DNA of 64,000 bases, from contig OZ361258.1 in the NCBI GenBank assembly GCA_977018835.1, positions 4,030,001 through 4,094,000 on the forward strand, written 5' to 3'. The position numbers and the translations under genes were made by a program. Position 1 is the first letter of the stretch, and each line of letters starts with the position of its first letter. The notes below the pieces were generated by a model. That model worked only from the letters and a program-made list of their open reading frames with translations, made no database searches and was not told the DNA's origin. This DNA is from Minutocellus sp. GHC0000111. Lineage: Eukaryota. Of the stretch, positions 1 through 12,931 are shown piece by piece.

Positions 1-657
1 TCAAGCTGTCGGTGTGGGAGTGGCCAATCGTCTTGAGCGGCTTCGAGTCTCGGTGGTACACTCTGCCGCACAGCCAGCAGCCAAAGAGAAGACGAGGACA
101 TCTGGTGAAGTCCATGTATGATAGCTTTTCAATCCAGCGTGCCCGACGAAGGTCCATGGTCTGGATGATGAAGGTAGAGAGTACCGGTACTAGTCTAGTA
201 CGAGCATCTCGCTCATCAATCAGACTACTACCGGTACGTAGCTAGTGCGTGTAGAAGTTCATCATGTAGATACTCTTCCATTAATTTATTACTTGCATGT
301 GATCTCTTCGCCAAGTTCGGGCATTGATTTAAATTGGAGGCAGCAAGCTCCACCCCTGGCCCTCCCTTTCGATGAGAGAACGCATCAATATCTTGTTGTT
401 GTTGTTGTTGTTGTTGTATTGTACAGCGACGAGCAATACGCCTATAATCACTTACCCATGCATTGAGGCCCAAATTTGCATGTAGTACGTGAACAATAGG
501 TAACTGTAGCTGTTGCCCGTATACATTCCATCTGCCTTCTTTTTTAAATGGCAACTGATTCGGCCACCTTGCTCTCGTCGTCCTCTTCCTTCGAGTCACA
601 AGAATCCTTTTCGACAGCCTCCGTCGCGCCATCACTTGCACCATTCTCTATGGAGTT

Positions 658-2142
658 CTAGTTTTCCTCGTTCTCCTTGACTTCCTCCTCGTCCTCACCC
701 TTTTTCTCTTTATCGGCATTGCCATTGACATTGCCGTTGTCCTCCGCCTTCTTGCCAGGATTGTTCTCGTCGGGCTGTAGGAGCATCCTCCAATCGACGA
801 AATTGGAAACGATGCCCTTGCTCTCGTTCCAGTGCCGTTGGCACATGTAGTTGAACCTGATCCCCCGACTCTGACGCGGACAGCCCTTGACGGTGCAGGA
901 CTTGACCTTGCGCTTGCGGGCGCCCTCCTGCAGCTGCCGTTTGGACAGCGTCCCCCCCGCCTTGGCGGTGGTGGCCTTGCGGGGACGGAACCCGATGTGC
1001 ACCTCGGGGTTGACCCGGCGGTACTGCTCGGCGATGGCCAGGTTGGAGGTGATGTAGGAGTCGGGATCTTGGATGTACGTGTCCTTCTGCAGGCCGCTGG
1101 GTATGCCGGCGGGGGGTGGGTTGTACTGGTGGTGCGAGTAGGCTCCTTCCAGATTCGTGCCACCCGACGGGGCTGTTAGGAGAGATGGGAGGGATCCGTC
1201 GGCTGTGGCTTCCTCGTCGGTCGGTGGCTGGGGTGGGGGCAGAGCGCCGCCGAGGGAGAACGACCCGTCGACGGACGGCGGGCCCTGCTGGTCGTACATC
1301 ATCATCATACTAGTATGAGGCGGCGGCGGCGGTGGAGGCAGGGAATGAGGATGATGATGGCCGTAGTACTCGGAAGGTGGCAGTGGTGGCGGTGGAAGAC
1401 CATGCGGTGGGCCAGGCATTCCCATCATGGTTGGCGAGGGGCCGCCATGATGAGGATTGTAATGGGGAGGAGGAGGATACCATCCGCCTGGAGCGCCTGC
1501 ACCTGGAGGAGGGCCGTGCGGCATGTTTTCTTCCGCCGAAGCCGAATACGCAAGAGAATGGTAGTACTCCCCGCCGCCCCCGTACATCATGTGCGGTGCA
1601 TGCTCCATTTCTTCGGCGCCGGGAGGAGGAGGGCCGTAGTGATGCATCATCATGTGGTGATGATGGCTGCTTGGATTGTTCGGGTCTTGTTCGCTTATTC
1701 CTGCAGAATCAGCTCCCCCCTTGATACCACCACCCAGAGTAGGCATTTCGGCTCCCATTGGAGGAGGGAACGACGGCGCTCCCATGATATAAGGTGGACC
1801 ACCACCACAGCCGTACGGCATAAAGTGCTGCTGCTTATCCATGTTGTTGTCGTTGGGATCCTGCTGCTGTTCTCCACCATCGTATCTTGGCATCATGACG
1901 TTCGCATGATGGTGCTGCTGCATCATGGGGACGCCACGAAGAGGTACCGGGGCCAACGGAGCCGATGAATCCGACGCCGAGCCCCCTTGGTTGTGATAAT
2001 CTCCTCTTTGACTCATCTGGACTGGTTGGAGCGGCGGTGGCGGCGCTAGTTCACCGTTCCTGACTTGAAGATCGGTCATGGTTGTGTTTTCTGTGATGTG
2101 CCGGTTTTGAAGTGCAACGACTTTCGGCGATTGTAGACTCAT
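658..2142 (-). CDS. Pro/Gly/His-rich low-complexity protein with C-terminal Cx4C...CxxH zinc-finger (WRKY19-like repeat type); probable transcription regulator
   Basis: 494-aa ORF; basic stretch RKRKVK followed by CTVKGCPRQSRGIRFNYMCQRHW. Confidence 0.6.
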   Translation of the reverse strand: MSLQSPKVVALQNRHITENTTMTDLQVRNGELAPPPPLQPVQMSQRGDYHNQGGSASDSSAPLAPVPLRGVPMMQQHHHANVMMPRYDGGEQQQDPNDNNMDKQQHFMPYGCGGGPPYIMGAPSFPPPMGAEMPTLGGGIKGGADSAGISEQDPNNPSSHHHHMMMHHYGPPPPGAEEMEHAPHMMYGGGGEYYHSLAYSASAEENMPHGPPPGAGAPGGWYPPPPHYNPHHGGPSPTMMGMPGPPHGLPPPPLPPSEYYGHHHPHSLPPPPPPPHTSMMMMYDQQGPPSVDGSFSLGGALPPPQPPTDEEATADGSLPSLLTAPSGGTNLEGAYSHHQYNPPPAGIPSGLQKDTYIQDPDSYITSNLAIAEQYRRVNPEVHIGFRPRKATTAKAGGTLSKRQLQEGARKRKVKSCTVKGCPRQSRGIRFNYMCQRHWNESKGIVSNFVDWRMLLQPDENNPGKKAEDNGNVNGNADKEKKGEDEEEVKENEEN

Positions 2143-2515
2143 TCGACTGAAATTATCACGCTACCCATCCCACCACCCAAGCCAAGATACTAGTAGCACA
2201 TCATAGACCCCTGACCGACAATCAACGATGCCACCATGCTGTAGTTAGTTAGCAACAGTGCTGCTGGGCCTGCGTGCTTAGCTTTTTCGCCAGAGATGAA
2301 TTCGGCATGTACGTTGCAATGTATGTGTTCGATTTTTGTGTCCTCCGTTCAACTTTCACCTGGCAATAAGCAAAGTAGCGTGGAACAAATGAGGGTGGTC
2401 GTAGCGTGGAACAATCAGTCAGAGAAAGAAAGAAGAGGATGTTCAGATTTTGCTCGCCATTCTTGCATATTCCTTTCTTGAAAGTCAAGCGCAGCCACTC
2501 ATCGCTAATAATATC

Positions 2516-3124
2516 ATGACGAAACTTGTGCCATCCATCGCCCACGCCATTCTACTTGCGCTACTTGTGGGTCCTCCTGTCTCGGTCCAATCGGTCGACC
2601 TTGCCCAGCTGACCAGCTGCCTGGCCGACGGCGAAACCATCCAGCTGGCCTGTGACAATCTCGATTCGACCGCCACACCCGATGTGTCCTTCGAGAAGAT
2701 TCATCACGACGGCTACTACGTCCGCGCTCGTCTGGCGTGTTCTGGTGACATCGACGTTGCCGCCGTAGCCTGCTTTGTGGAAGAGGAAGATGGTGGATAC
2801 GGCGTCGGCGTCGCTTCGCAGAATGCCGATGCCACCGTCACTCCCATGTGCTTCAATTCTTTCAACTTCAACGGCGAGGTTCGCAAATACATCAGCATCT
2901 GCCTTGGTGCCGAAGTTGAAACTGCAGGCGGCGGCCGTGGACGTGAGCTCGCGTCGAACAGCGGTCCTGACACCAAAGTCCGTAGGGCCAAAAACAGCAC
3001 AGGGTCCACCGCCGGAAGTGGAAAAGGAAGCAAGATCGGAGGTGATCTCATCTGTAGCGAGCCCCCAACGCCATCGTTGTGGGAAATCAGACAGGTGCTT
3101 GAGTTTGTCGAAGTGGATGAGTAG
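2516..3124 (+). CDS. Secreted Cys-containing protein of unknown function
   Basis: ATG at 2516 gives signal-peptide-like MTKLVPSIAHAILLALLVGPPVSVQS; 202 aa, intronless. Confidence 0.6.
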   Translation: MTKLVPSIAHAILLALLVGPPVSVQSVDLAQLTSCLADGETIQLACDNLDSTATPDVSFEKIHHDGYYVRARLACSGDIDVAAVACFVEEEDGGYGVGVASQNADATVTPMCFNSFNFNGEVRKYISICLGAEVETAGGGRGRELASNSGPDTKVRRAKNSTGSTAGSGKGSKIGGDLICSEPPTPSLWEIRQVLEFVEVDE

Positions 3125-3350
3125 GAATAAGTGCAAATTCGCACATGAGGTAGGCAGGAATCACTGTTTGGTGGCTTCGAGAGCTACAAGATCTGCTCCC
3201 GCAGCCAACTACGAGTATTCAAGCATCGCATAGAGATCGATATATCTTCGATAGAGATAACGTACTAGACTAATAGAGCTAGTAAAAGTACTATTTAATA
3301 CCACCGGGTAACTACGTATTACCTAGGTACTTGTCGTCAATTCATTTATT

Positions 3351-6300
3351 CTACTCCGCGGCAGAGGCCTTGGCGTTCTGATTGACTTCCAGTTGCTGGA
3401 GACAGAGCTCCTTGATGCGACTATTGGATGCTATCATACCATCCATGTACACCTTGAGATGATTATCCTTGGTGATCTCCTTCCTATCGTTTTCTGTGAT
3501 GGGAGATGGCACAATAAACAATTCGCTGTACGCGTCTTCAAAGGCGGTGGGATCGGTCCAGCCAAACAGCTCGCCGAGCTGTTTGGGGGTTTCCGTATCG
3601 GCCTCCCAGCATGCCACAAGGCGATCGGGATAGGCCATCATTTGGCTGAGAATGACATGTTGCATTGAGGCAAGTGTCGTGAGCTGAACATGACGGGAAG
3701 CAAAGTGACGGTTCATCGACGTGGATCTCAAAACGCGATATGGGTCACGCACGACGACGCTGTGTTGACATTGAACTCCGGCGACGTCGCACGCCTGGTA
3801 GAGAATATCGAGATTTGGGAATTGGAGGGCTCGACTGATGTATGTAGAAGCAAAATAACGGCGCAGGGGTAGGTTGCGAATGGAAGATAAATGATATTAT
3901 GTGAGATAGATATTTGCCAATGAAAGAGAGAGAGAAACAAACGAAGTATGTCCTGTGCTTACCAAGGACCTCCAAGCATTGGATAGCTCATGTACGGCGA
4001 CACGCGCCGTTCACCCTTGGCGTTCCCTGCCACACCTCCATTGATGGCTACAACTAAAGGTTGCTCAGAACGAGAGAAGGAGCTGGAGTCGCTTTCCCTT
4101 TCTAACAATTCTTCGATATGCTTCTCGACAGTTCGTAGGCGGTCGACTAAAGAACTGAACAGAACATCGCCCTCGGGCACACCCTCCTCTGCCTTCCACC
4201 ACTCTCCGTCGCCTTTGTCGGCATTTGAGCAAGGTGCTGACCATATCCCAGCCGAAGGGTTGCCCCTGTCCCAGAGAGCAACTGAAAGATGAACAATGTC
4301 CTCGTCGACCCCTTTCGATGCGAGCCACTCGCCCACAGGCGACGACAGATACATCGTCCGGTGCAAATGATGACCGGTTCCCTCGACGCCGAGGAGGAAC
4401 TGAAACGTCACTTTCTTATTAGAACTAGAGTGTGCTTTTGGTGGCGCAGGCATATCGGATGACTCATGGCTACGGCTCTGCGAAGTAGCTGAGTTTTGAT
4501 CATTTTTATCAGCAGTGCTAATCGATCTCTCTTTGTACATCTTTTCGATCGCCTCGATGCCTCCATCTACGTTGGTCTTGGCGAATTTACGGAATTTCTT
4601 GATAACTTGGGTACACGCCGCGCTGTTGCCGCTTTCTGTACGCCAATCGAACAAGCAGAAGGAAGACCAGAGCGGAAGCAAATCTTCAATGGCGTGATGA
4701 TACTGGTGGTGGTACAACTGCAAGCTTCCTTCGTCGTCTTCCCGCCACGATTGATCATCGCCGAGATGGTAAGTTGCCTTGAGCTCATTGCTCTCAAAGA
4801 CTCGATAATTCTCGGCGTCTGCCTCGATCTGGAACAGGATGAAGTTGGCAAATGGAGGAAAGCCGAGATATAGATCTCCTAGCTTGATTTGTTCAAAGAT
4901 ATCTCTTCTGATGACAAAGCAGTCAGAGCCCGGATGCTCCTCTCCCTCTAGAGCAAAGATTCTGTCTAAGTCCAGAGCTGAAAAAGGAGAACCATCCTCT
5001 CCGACCGCCGAGACCGTCTGTCGATTGATTGTAAATGCATCGTGGCCGTGATCAATGGCGAGAGCGACAATGTCATAGAAGCGCTCGTGAACGATGATAT
5101 CTGAATTGGTGTAGATCACGTAGTCATAGGTAGTAAAGTCGTGGTGCCTCTTGAGGACCTCAAAAATGTCAGCGATAAAGGGGAGCCGCTTATCAGAAAC
5201 AAAATCAGGAAACTCGGACCGGGTCGATCGAAGAAGTGGATCGAGGCGTAGAAAACTGTCAGGAGTAACGGCATCGGCTTCATCGGCAAATGCAGTGGCC
5301 GCCAAAGTCACGGAAACCCTGGTAGCCTGACTTGCTGCACGTTGCATGCTAGCGATGGCCACAGTCTGGGCCTGGTCGTATGGACAATAGCGCTCGTCGC
5401 AATTCTGGATGCGGTAGGGAGAAAACAAATGAACCAGGTTCGGTGGAACAATGTCCAAGGCACTTTCGTCTGCGTTTACGCCGCCACCTAAATCGGCTCT
5501 TGTGGGCTTTTCGTCTCTATTGCGATGTCCTCCGTGGATCCCGAAGGTGTTCTCGACCTCATCGACTAAATGGTGGAAAGGGAAAATTCCACACCGATGA
5601 GCAACAAAACGCTCAAAATAAAAAATGAAATGAAAAATACCTACCTAGGTACATGCATGTGCATGTCTGTAAACTGTGGACAAAACAACATCACAAGCAC
5701 ACTCACATGTTTTGCTCGCCATCATTTCTGTCGCCTCTTCCATCTTCTTTACTCTATCGAGCGTTCTCTCAACATCAAGATCATAATCTTCCAGAAACGC
5801 AAACTTATTTAGCAGGTTCTTCTTGATTTGTTGGACTTTCCCCAATATCTCCTCGGATGAGCTCGAATCTGGTGAGTAAGCAAAGTCATCATAATCCACG
5901 CATAAGACTTTGGCGTAGCTGCAATACTTCTCGTCGATAAAAATATCCTTCTCGGCTCGATTTGCCACGACGTAGTAGATTTGTTGAAAGTGTCGACCAA
6001 AAGTTTCCTCTATGAGATCGATGTCGATCACGTGCGTCTTGGTTACGATGGTATCGGAGAGGTGGTATCTGGAGAGCTTGAGCTTACCCTCGTGAACGAT
6101 GAAAGGTAGTGTAATATCAGCGACGTCAGCCTCTTCGACGCCGGGGGGATAGGGACCAAACCGAAGATCATCCTGTCCTGGGGGGCGCTTGGGCAGGAAG
6201 GCATAGCTTGCATCTTCGTCGTCGAAGAAACCCTGAAGAATAGCGTTGAGAAGGGTAGATCCAGTGTGTGGTTTGGCAACCTGTGCAAAAACCCACCGAG

Positions 6301-8587
6301 GCAAAAAGGTGCGACGGGGAGAAGAAAGCAAAGCAAAGAAAGGATAGGGAAAGGAAATGGATTCAAGCTAATGAGATGGACAACGCAGAGTACCAGTATT
6401 TTAAGGATATCCGGTGAGCAGAATTCTCTCACCTGAAAAATATGAAACGGTTCGGCGTCGACATCTATCAATGCATTGTCTTCGGTTTCTGTATCCGGCG
6501 ATGGTTGCCTACCCATTAATCCAAAGACTGGATCACGCACAGATTGGGGCTCCCCTTCCATTGTCATTGCAGCGTCCTCCATGAGTTTGACTCGGTGGAC
6601 GGCAGCATCGATGTCCAAGTCAATTCGTGCAAAGAGTGGAATCTGAGACCTGAGAATGGAGGCCACCTCCTCGACCCCTTTAATCATCTCGTCATCATTG
6701 CTGTACAGGACACAGGAAAGAGCAATTCACGAGATGCTATGCTGTCCGCCGACGAAACAACCACAAACCATTCGTTCGAAATTGGAACACTGCACAATAT
6801 TCCTTTAACCGAATCGTCCTCTATGTAGTGCATGATCACAGGGATAGAAACGGAGTTTCTTGTGCTGTTTCCGTTGGGCAGAGATGATGGGCCTCGAACA
6901 ATTACGACGACCTCGGTGAAAGGATGAATAACGGAATCAAGGTAGCGAAGAAATCCTTCGGATGTCGCCCCCACCGATGCTGATTCCAAAAGAATAAGCG
7001 AGATAGGGTGGCTGGACTTGTCCCACTTGTCTCGGAGGAGCTTGCCGTGAACGACTGAGGCGCTCGGCGACACATGCTCGGACAAATAATTCGTGGCCCC
7101 AAAGTTCTCGATGGAGGCAGATTCTTTGATAATAGAATAATCTCTACCGGCGTGGATGATTTCGAGCCATAGCTCCTGAAAAGTAGCCGCCTTGTCCGGC
7201 AGAACGACTCCATTACCGTTGCCGTCCTTCATCTGGCGAAAAGGAAAGTCGGGCTTGACTCCTCTGGAAGCCTCATAAAACATCTGGGACAGTCGTAAGT
7301 CGTATGGCTGTTGGAATCCATTGATTGCAAAGCATAGAAATGATTAGAAACAAACGAAAGGGATGAGAACATGTTATCGTGTGGAATGAAGTATCGGAAA
7401 GCCCCTGAACCGCGACATTTCGACTTACGATTGCATGATAGAACGTTTCTCGCTCGGCCTCCAACTCTTTGACAAAGCGATTAAAGAATGGGTCCGTCAG
7501 ATTGAAGACCGAATTGCCCGTCAGATGATGCTGAAGAGCGATGGGCATAGAATTGCGGTTCTGCTTCCAGACCATTCCATGATTCTCGCTCCCGAGGATG
7601 GAAAAAGGTCTCTTGTCGGTAACTTCCTCGACGATCCGATCAAGCCAGAGCCCTTTCCATGGGCGAGCGTCAGCTTCCATGAGAAACACTGCATCATAAT
7701 TCATCTCCATGCTCTGAAGCTGTCGAATAGAGCGGATGAACTGTTCATTGGGACCGCTGACCCTATGAAGGAGAAAAAGAATCGGAAGTTGCAAGAGAAA
7801 ATTGAATGAGTGTTAGTCAAAGCCAGCATATTACCGTTCTAACGGGCTATATTAGCGGCAGGAGCGGCACTTGTGCTTCAATTTCAACTCACCAGAGAGG
7901 ATCACTCTGATCGGATGAAGATACGCCATAGCGGTCAGAATTTGGAGATATATCGGCCTCGATCATATGAATAGCACCAAAGCAGTTGCCCCAGGAGGAA
8001 TTATCCAAGAATTGCTGGCCTATATCATCGTTCACAAGCCTATCGATCATCTCCTTAACTGGAAGATGAGAAGAGAATGTCTGCGATATAGATAAGATTA
8101 GGTCGGCATCATATCGCAGCGTATCGTCCGTTGATCCTGGACGGATCCAAGCGTCGGTATCGCATGGTAGAAACTTGTCCCACTGCGCGAAAGACTCAAC
8201 GAGGTCGGCTGCATCGTCAGGAGCAAAAGGGCGAAGTAGAGCAAGACGGAAAGTCGGTGTGGTGCTGATGTCATCGGCGTCCGGTATACGTCTCGTAGAG
8301 CCTTCTCCAAGGCGACGGCGAGAGGATGGTGGTTGATCTAAAAACATTTCTCCACGAGCAGCAAATCCAGTGGTACCTTTTGGAAAGGATTCGTCATTGG
8401 CAACACCCGCAAAGTCGATTGCACCCGGTTGTAGATGTGAAATTGTCCGCCGAGGAGACCACTCCAAGAAGAAAAGCAATGCAGTGGTGACCCAGGAAAG
8501 GAATATAAATCCACCCTCGATGGCCGAAATCGAAAAGTAAGGCGAGGATACTTTACCGTGGTTTCTATTCACTCGAAGCACCACCAT
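3351..8587 (-). CDS. Multi-exon type II membrane protein with GT-A-like (DxD-type) and several sulfotransferase-like modules; frame break near 6700
   Basis: N-terminal TM; GT-AG introns at approx. 7890-7765, 7428-7308, 6431-6282, 5706-5566 and 3963-3835 link the ORF pieces; motifs VFLMEAD, YTNSDI, KPHTGSTLL, GVEGTGHH and RDPYRVLRS. Confidence 0.6.
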
Positions 8588-8845
8588 CTTTCTCTAAAAA
8601 CGATTGGGGCGCGAGAAGCATTGCCTCTACATGTATGGCTCCTGGAAACCAGCGTCGACAATAATAAGAACAACCAAGCCAAGTCTGCTCTACCGTCCTG
8701 GCTGATACAACATATGGGAGAAGAATCTGTCGTGTCTCATCTCAAGATTCCGGACAACCGCCCCCACGCCGATGTTTCCACGTTCCTTTCTTTCGTTAAA
8801 AATATTTTACAATCACGCTGTATCAAATCGCAACGGAATAAAGCA

Positions 8846-8975
8846 ACAGCGTGGACGTGGAAACAGAGCCTTCCCTGCCCACGACAAACTGACAAGACGA
8901 CCCCCGAGAAACAGCGTGGACGTAGAAACAGAGCCTTCCCTGCCCACGACAAACTGACAAGATGACCCCCGAGAA
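8846..8975. repeat. Tandem direct repeat, 2 x 65 bp
   Basis: ACAGCGTGGACGT(G/A)GAAACAGAGCCTTCCCTGCCCACGACAAACTGACAAGA(C/T)GACCCCCGAGAA at 8846 and 8911, two mismatches. Confidence 0.95.
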
Positions 8976-9087
8976 TAGAAATAAGGACGGCCTCCACGGG
9001 AAAGCGTAAAAATGCAAGAGGTGCAATGCTATTCATCTTTCCATCCTTTTGCACGCTGATGTCCAAACTCAAAGCAGCTTGGCATTT

Positions 9088-10275
9088 CTACTTGGTGACA
9101 ATGGCGAGGCCTTTCGTCTCGACATTGATTTTCCCCCGAGGTATATGGATGACTTGCTGCCTCTTGGGCTTTTCGACTACAGTAGTGCGAGTGTAAATTT
9201 TCTTGTTCTTCTCGAATACCGGGCGGATCGAATTCACAAACGAACCATGATCCATATCCGTCTTCTTTTTGTCCAAAATCAACTCCTTGATCTCACGAAT
9301 GTCAGTTGCATTGTGCCCCGGCGTTAAATGTATCCATATCCAACCCCCATTGCCATTGTTAGGAATATTGCCATGGATGCAGCCAGGATCGTGGAAAGGA
9401 ACGTAGTCCAAGCCAACTAGGTGCCACATTTTCTCATTATTGCAGCTACAAAGCTTCAATTCAAGCAGTCGCCGAGACAGCAGCGTCTGGTCTACCCCCC
9501 ACTCCCTTCTTCCGACGGTATTCGAATCGTCTCTGGCCACACCGTTCCAAAGATCATCCATGACAAATTTCCACAATGAGGACCGTAAGCCAATGAAGGA
9601 GAGGGGAAAAGTCAATCCATGGTATTCGCTATGGCTCCACTGCCAAATCCAGGACTGATACGTTCGATTCTGCAGTGGAGCTAGGACAACATCCGAACTT
9701 GGGAAGGAATCCACATCAGAAGTCACAATGATATCCTCATCTCGAATATCAGGGTGCTTGTATGCATACATGCGCTGAATTTGTGACTCCATCACGCACC
9801 CCAGACTCTCATCAAAAGGCGACACGACGCGTATTGCTGCAGCACCGGCATCTTTGGACCGGGCAATAACTTCATCTAGGCGACGCTTAGTGTCGGTATC
9901 ATCGCTCCCGACCAGAGTAACAACCACCTTGGCCCCGGCAACGGTCGACCAAAGCGATATAGCTGCCATCATGGCCTCTTGGTACGGGTATTCCTGTTTC
10001 CATTTCACACCCTTTCGTCGCAATTCCTCCGAGTTATCGTCGACGCACAGCGAAAGCGATATCCAAATATCGGAGGAAGTTGAATGAGCAAGGGATACGG
10101 CAGTACTACGATTGTTACTGCTGCCAAGTAGATCGAAAGAAAAGAAATCGTAGCGACTTGCATTGCCAATTGCCATGACCTCCGTGAGGAATCCATGAAG
10201 TCCGAACATACTGCAAATGGGCACAAGCACAAAGAGGCCGAAGGCAGCAGCGATGGCTCGGTGACATTGCACCAT
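9088..10275 (-). CDS. Type II membrane glycosyltransferase-like protein (DxD motif)
   Basis: 395 aa; N-terminal TM; SQIQRMY...IIVTSDVDSFP...WGVDQTLLS. Confidence 0.6.
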   Translation of the reverse strand: MVQCHRAIAAAFGLFVLVPICSMFGLHGFLTEVMAIGNASRYDFFSFDLLGSSNNRSTAVSLAHSTSSDIWISLSLCVDDNSEELRRKGVKWKQEYPYQEAMMAAISLWSTVAGAKVVVTLVGSDDTDTKRRLDEVIARSKDAGAAAIRVVSPFDESLGCVMESQIQRMYAYKHPDIRDEDIIVTSDVDSFPSSDVVLAPLQNRTYQSWIWQWSHSEYHGLTFPLSFIGLRSSLWKFVMDDLWNGVARDDSNTVGRREWGVDQTLLSRRLLELKLCSCNNEKMWHLVGLDYVPFHDPGCIHGNIPNNGNGGWIWIHLTPGHNATDIREIKELILDKKKTDMDHGSFVNSIRPVFEKNKKIYTRTTVVEKPKRQQVIHIPRGKINVETKGLAIVTK

Positions 10276-10903
10276 CCTTCACAAAAGCGTCGCTCCCTTC
10301 ATTCCTTCTCTGCAACAAAATACTTGTCTGCTCCTTCTTCAGCAGTCAGGCAACAGCGCGGGATCTAAAAGTTGCACACGGATGATAGCATGTGCTGATG
10401 GCTTGATGGTATGGTTTGTGGTTGTGGCCTGGCGGGCGCCGGGCATGGTCGAAATGGTCGAATGACTGATGGGCGTCGGCGGTTGGCTGCGATATTTATT
10501 TATGCCCCCACGCAGAACCAGCGCCAAGCGCCGGCTACTACCAGCTTTGACCCTGGCGCACCGACCAAGCACCAAAACAAAGCTTGCATGCCCAAGAAGT
10601 CCTACGGTACATGTATACAGCTAGCACAGATCTATCTTTTCATTTCACGTAGAATTTTAATTATTAGGGATCTGCAGATCCCTAGATCTAAATTTTCCTT
10701 CACGGTGGCTGGCTTAAAAAAGAGATCTGCCAATCGGCTCAACAACACACGGAGAGAGAGCTCAAAAGAAGATCCCACCCGCCCGGTGAAGTTGCATCAT
10801 TGGAGTTACAGATGCTTTTATTTATGGTATCTTTGAATCTTGCGCTCAGGCTCTATACTGTCCCAGCAGCAGCAGGCCAATGCTTTTGAGGCTCTTGCTC
10901 CCT

Positions 10904-12931
10904 TTAAGCAATGGTAGTCTGACAGTTTCTGCCGGTGAAACCTTCGGAACAGACACAGTCGTAACCTCCAGGAGTGCGAGTACAGCTGGCACTACCAGCA
11001 TCAGAGCATTTGTCGCACAAATCAATCTCGCACTTGCGGCCATTGTATCCATCACTGCAATCGCAGGTGTACTCGTAGGGATCACCGCTGCAGCCCGCTG
11101 TTCCCGTATCATCGCACAAATCACAAAGGTCCCTATCGCAGTACAGGCCGGCGTAATGGTCGGCACAAACGCAATCGAAGTCCCCTGCGCTCCTATTGCA
11201 GGATGCGGTGCCGGTTGCATCACAGAACTTGTCGCAAAGATCATTGTCACAACGAGCTCCAGCCCAGCCATCCTGTAGCACAGCGAGAAAGAAAAAACGA
11301 GAATGGGATTATTCGCACCAACTAGGGTCAGGTCAAACGTGAATCAAAATATTTTATGCGGGCAAGGCAACAACCGTCTATATATACTCACCGCGCAGTT
11401 GCAAGTCCACTCATTAGGGCCTCCAGTGCACGAAGAGGTGCCGGCATCATTGCAACGGTCACAGAGGTCCTTTTGGCAATAATTACCACCGTAGTTGTCG
11501 GCACAATTGCAAGTGAAGCCACCCGGGCTCCGCGTACAGGTGTCGGTGCCCGTGTCATCGCAAAACTTGTCACAAAGGTCAATTTCGCAGCGATCTCCAG
11601 CCCAGCCGTCCTTTTGATAAAAATGCGAATAAAAGGTAATATGATTTCGGGGAGAACAAATGAAGAGGGGAACTTCGTAAGCAAAAGAAGAGTTGCCACG
11701 CACAGCAGCAAAACTACGTAATATACGAATTCTTATATGGAGAAAAACAACTTCCTGCACTCACCGCACAATTGCAAGTCCACTCATTAGGGCCTCCAGT
11801 GCACGAAGAGGTGCCGGCATCATTGCAACGGTCACAGAGGTCCTTTTGGCAATAATTACCACCGTAGTTGTCGGCACAATTACAAGTGAAGCCGCCCGCG
11901 CTCCGCGTACAAGAGGCGGTGCCCGTGTCGTCGCAAAATTTGTCACAAAGGTCAATGTCACAACGATCTCCTACCCAACCGTCCTGTAGAATCATATTCA
12001 AATTTTGAGAGAACATTTAATAAAACGATCGTAAGGCAAAGGAGGCAGAAGATAATGAATAAATTTAACGGAAAAAAGGGGGATAAACCGAATATATCTA
12101 TATATATGTACTGCAACGAGCCTCCACACTTACTTCACAATTGCAAGTCCACTCATAAGGGCCTCCACTGCAGCTTGAGGTGCCGGCATCATTGCAACGG
12201 TCACAGAGATCAATCTGACAGTACTGGCCTCCGTAGTTGTCGGCACAGTTACAAGCAAAGTCGCCAGGGCTCTTGGTACAGGTGGCGGTGCCCGTATCGT
12301 CACAGAACTGGTGTGGGCAATTTTATTCAGTGCGTTTTGTATGTAGATACAGAGGAGAGGGATTGAACAAAAATTGATATAAGATTGTCCCACGGTGGAA
12401 AGAAATAGATAGAATTTCTAACAAATGAAAGCGTACGTACCTTCGTGCAGAGATCGATAGAGCATCCCTCTCGGGTCCAACCGTCGTTACAGTTGCACGT
12501 GGCGTCGCCAGGGCTCTTGGTGCAGGTCGCAGTCCCATCATCGTTACATTTGTCGGCGCAGAGATCGTACTGGCATCTAGTCCCGGCGTATCCATCCAAG
12601 CAAGTACAGTCGTATCCGGGAGACGTCTCGGTAAGGACACAAGTAGCGGTGTTATCAGCCACACACCGGGTACAGAGTCCTTCGGCTGTAGTCAAAGCTA
12701 GGCCTCGAAGCTGAAGAGGTAATAGATAGAGAAACATGGACAGGGGGACGTTGAGAATACGTGCCAGATTGAATGAATACACGCTAGATGAAAACAGCTA
12801 TCGCGTCGTAATCGCGCTCAAGGAATAATAAGACCTACCGATCCCTTGCCGTCACCTTCGAGAGGATGAGGCTCCGCAAACCCAGGAGAACTGGAAGCAA
12901 GAATAAGTAGAAGACCAGCGATGAGCTTCAT
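10904..12931 (-). CDS. Secreted EGF-like repeat protein, about 6 exons
   Basis: Signal peptide MKLIAGLLLILASSSPGFA at 12931; repeated CxCxxGWxGxRC / CxCxDNYxGxYC units; GT-AG introns separate near-duplicate exons. Confidence 0.85.

Noticed and set aside
394..417. (GTT)n microsatellite and overlapping 138-aa ORF
   Set aside because: Simple repeat downstream of a gene; the ORF has no coding support
8846..8975. CRISPR-like array
   Set aside because: Two contiguous units, no spacers, no cas genes, eukaryotic context
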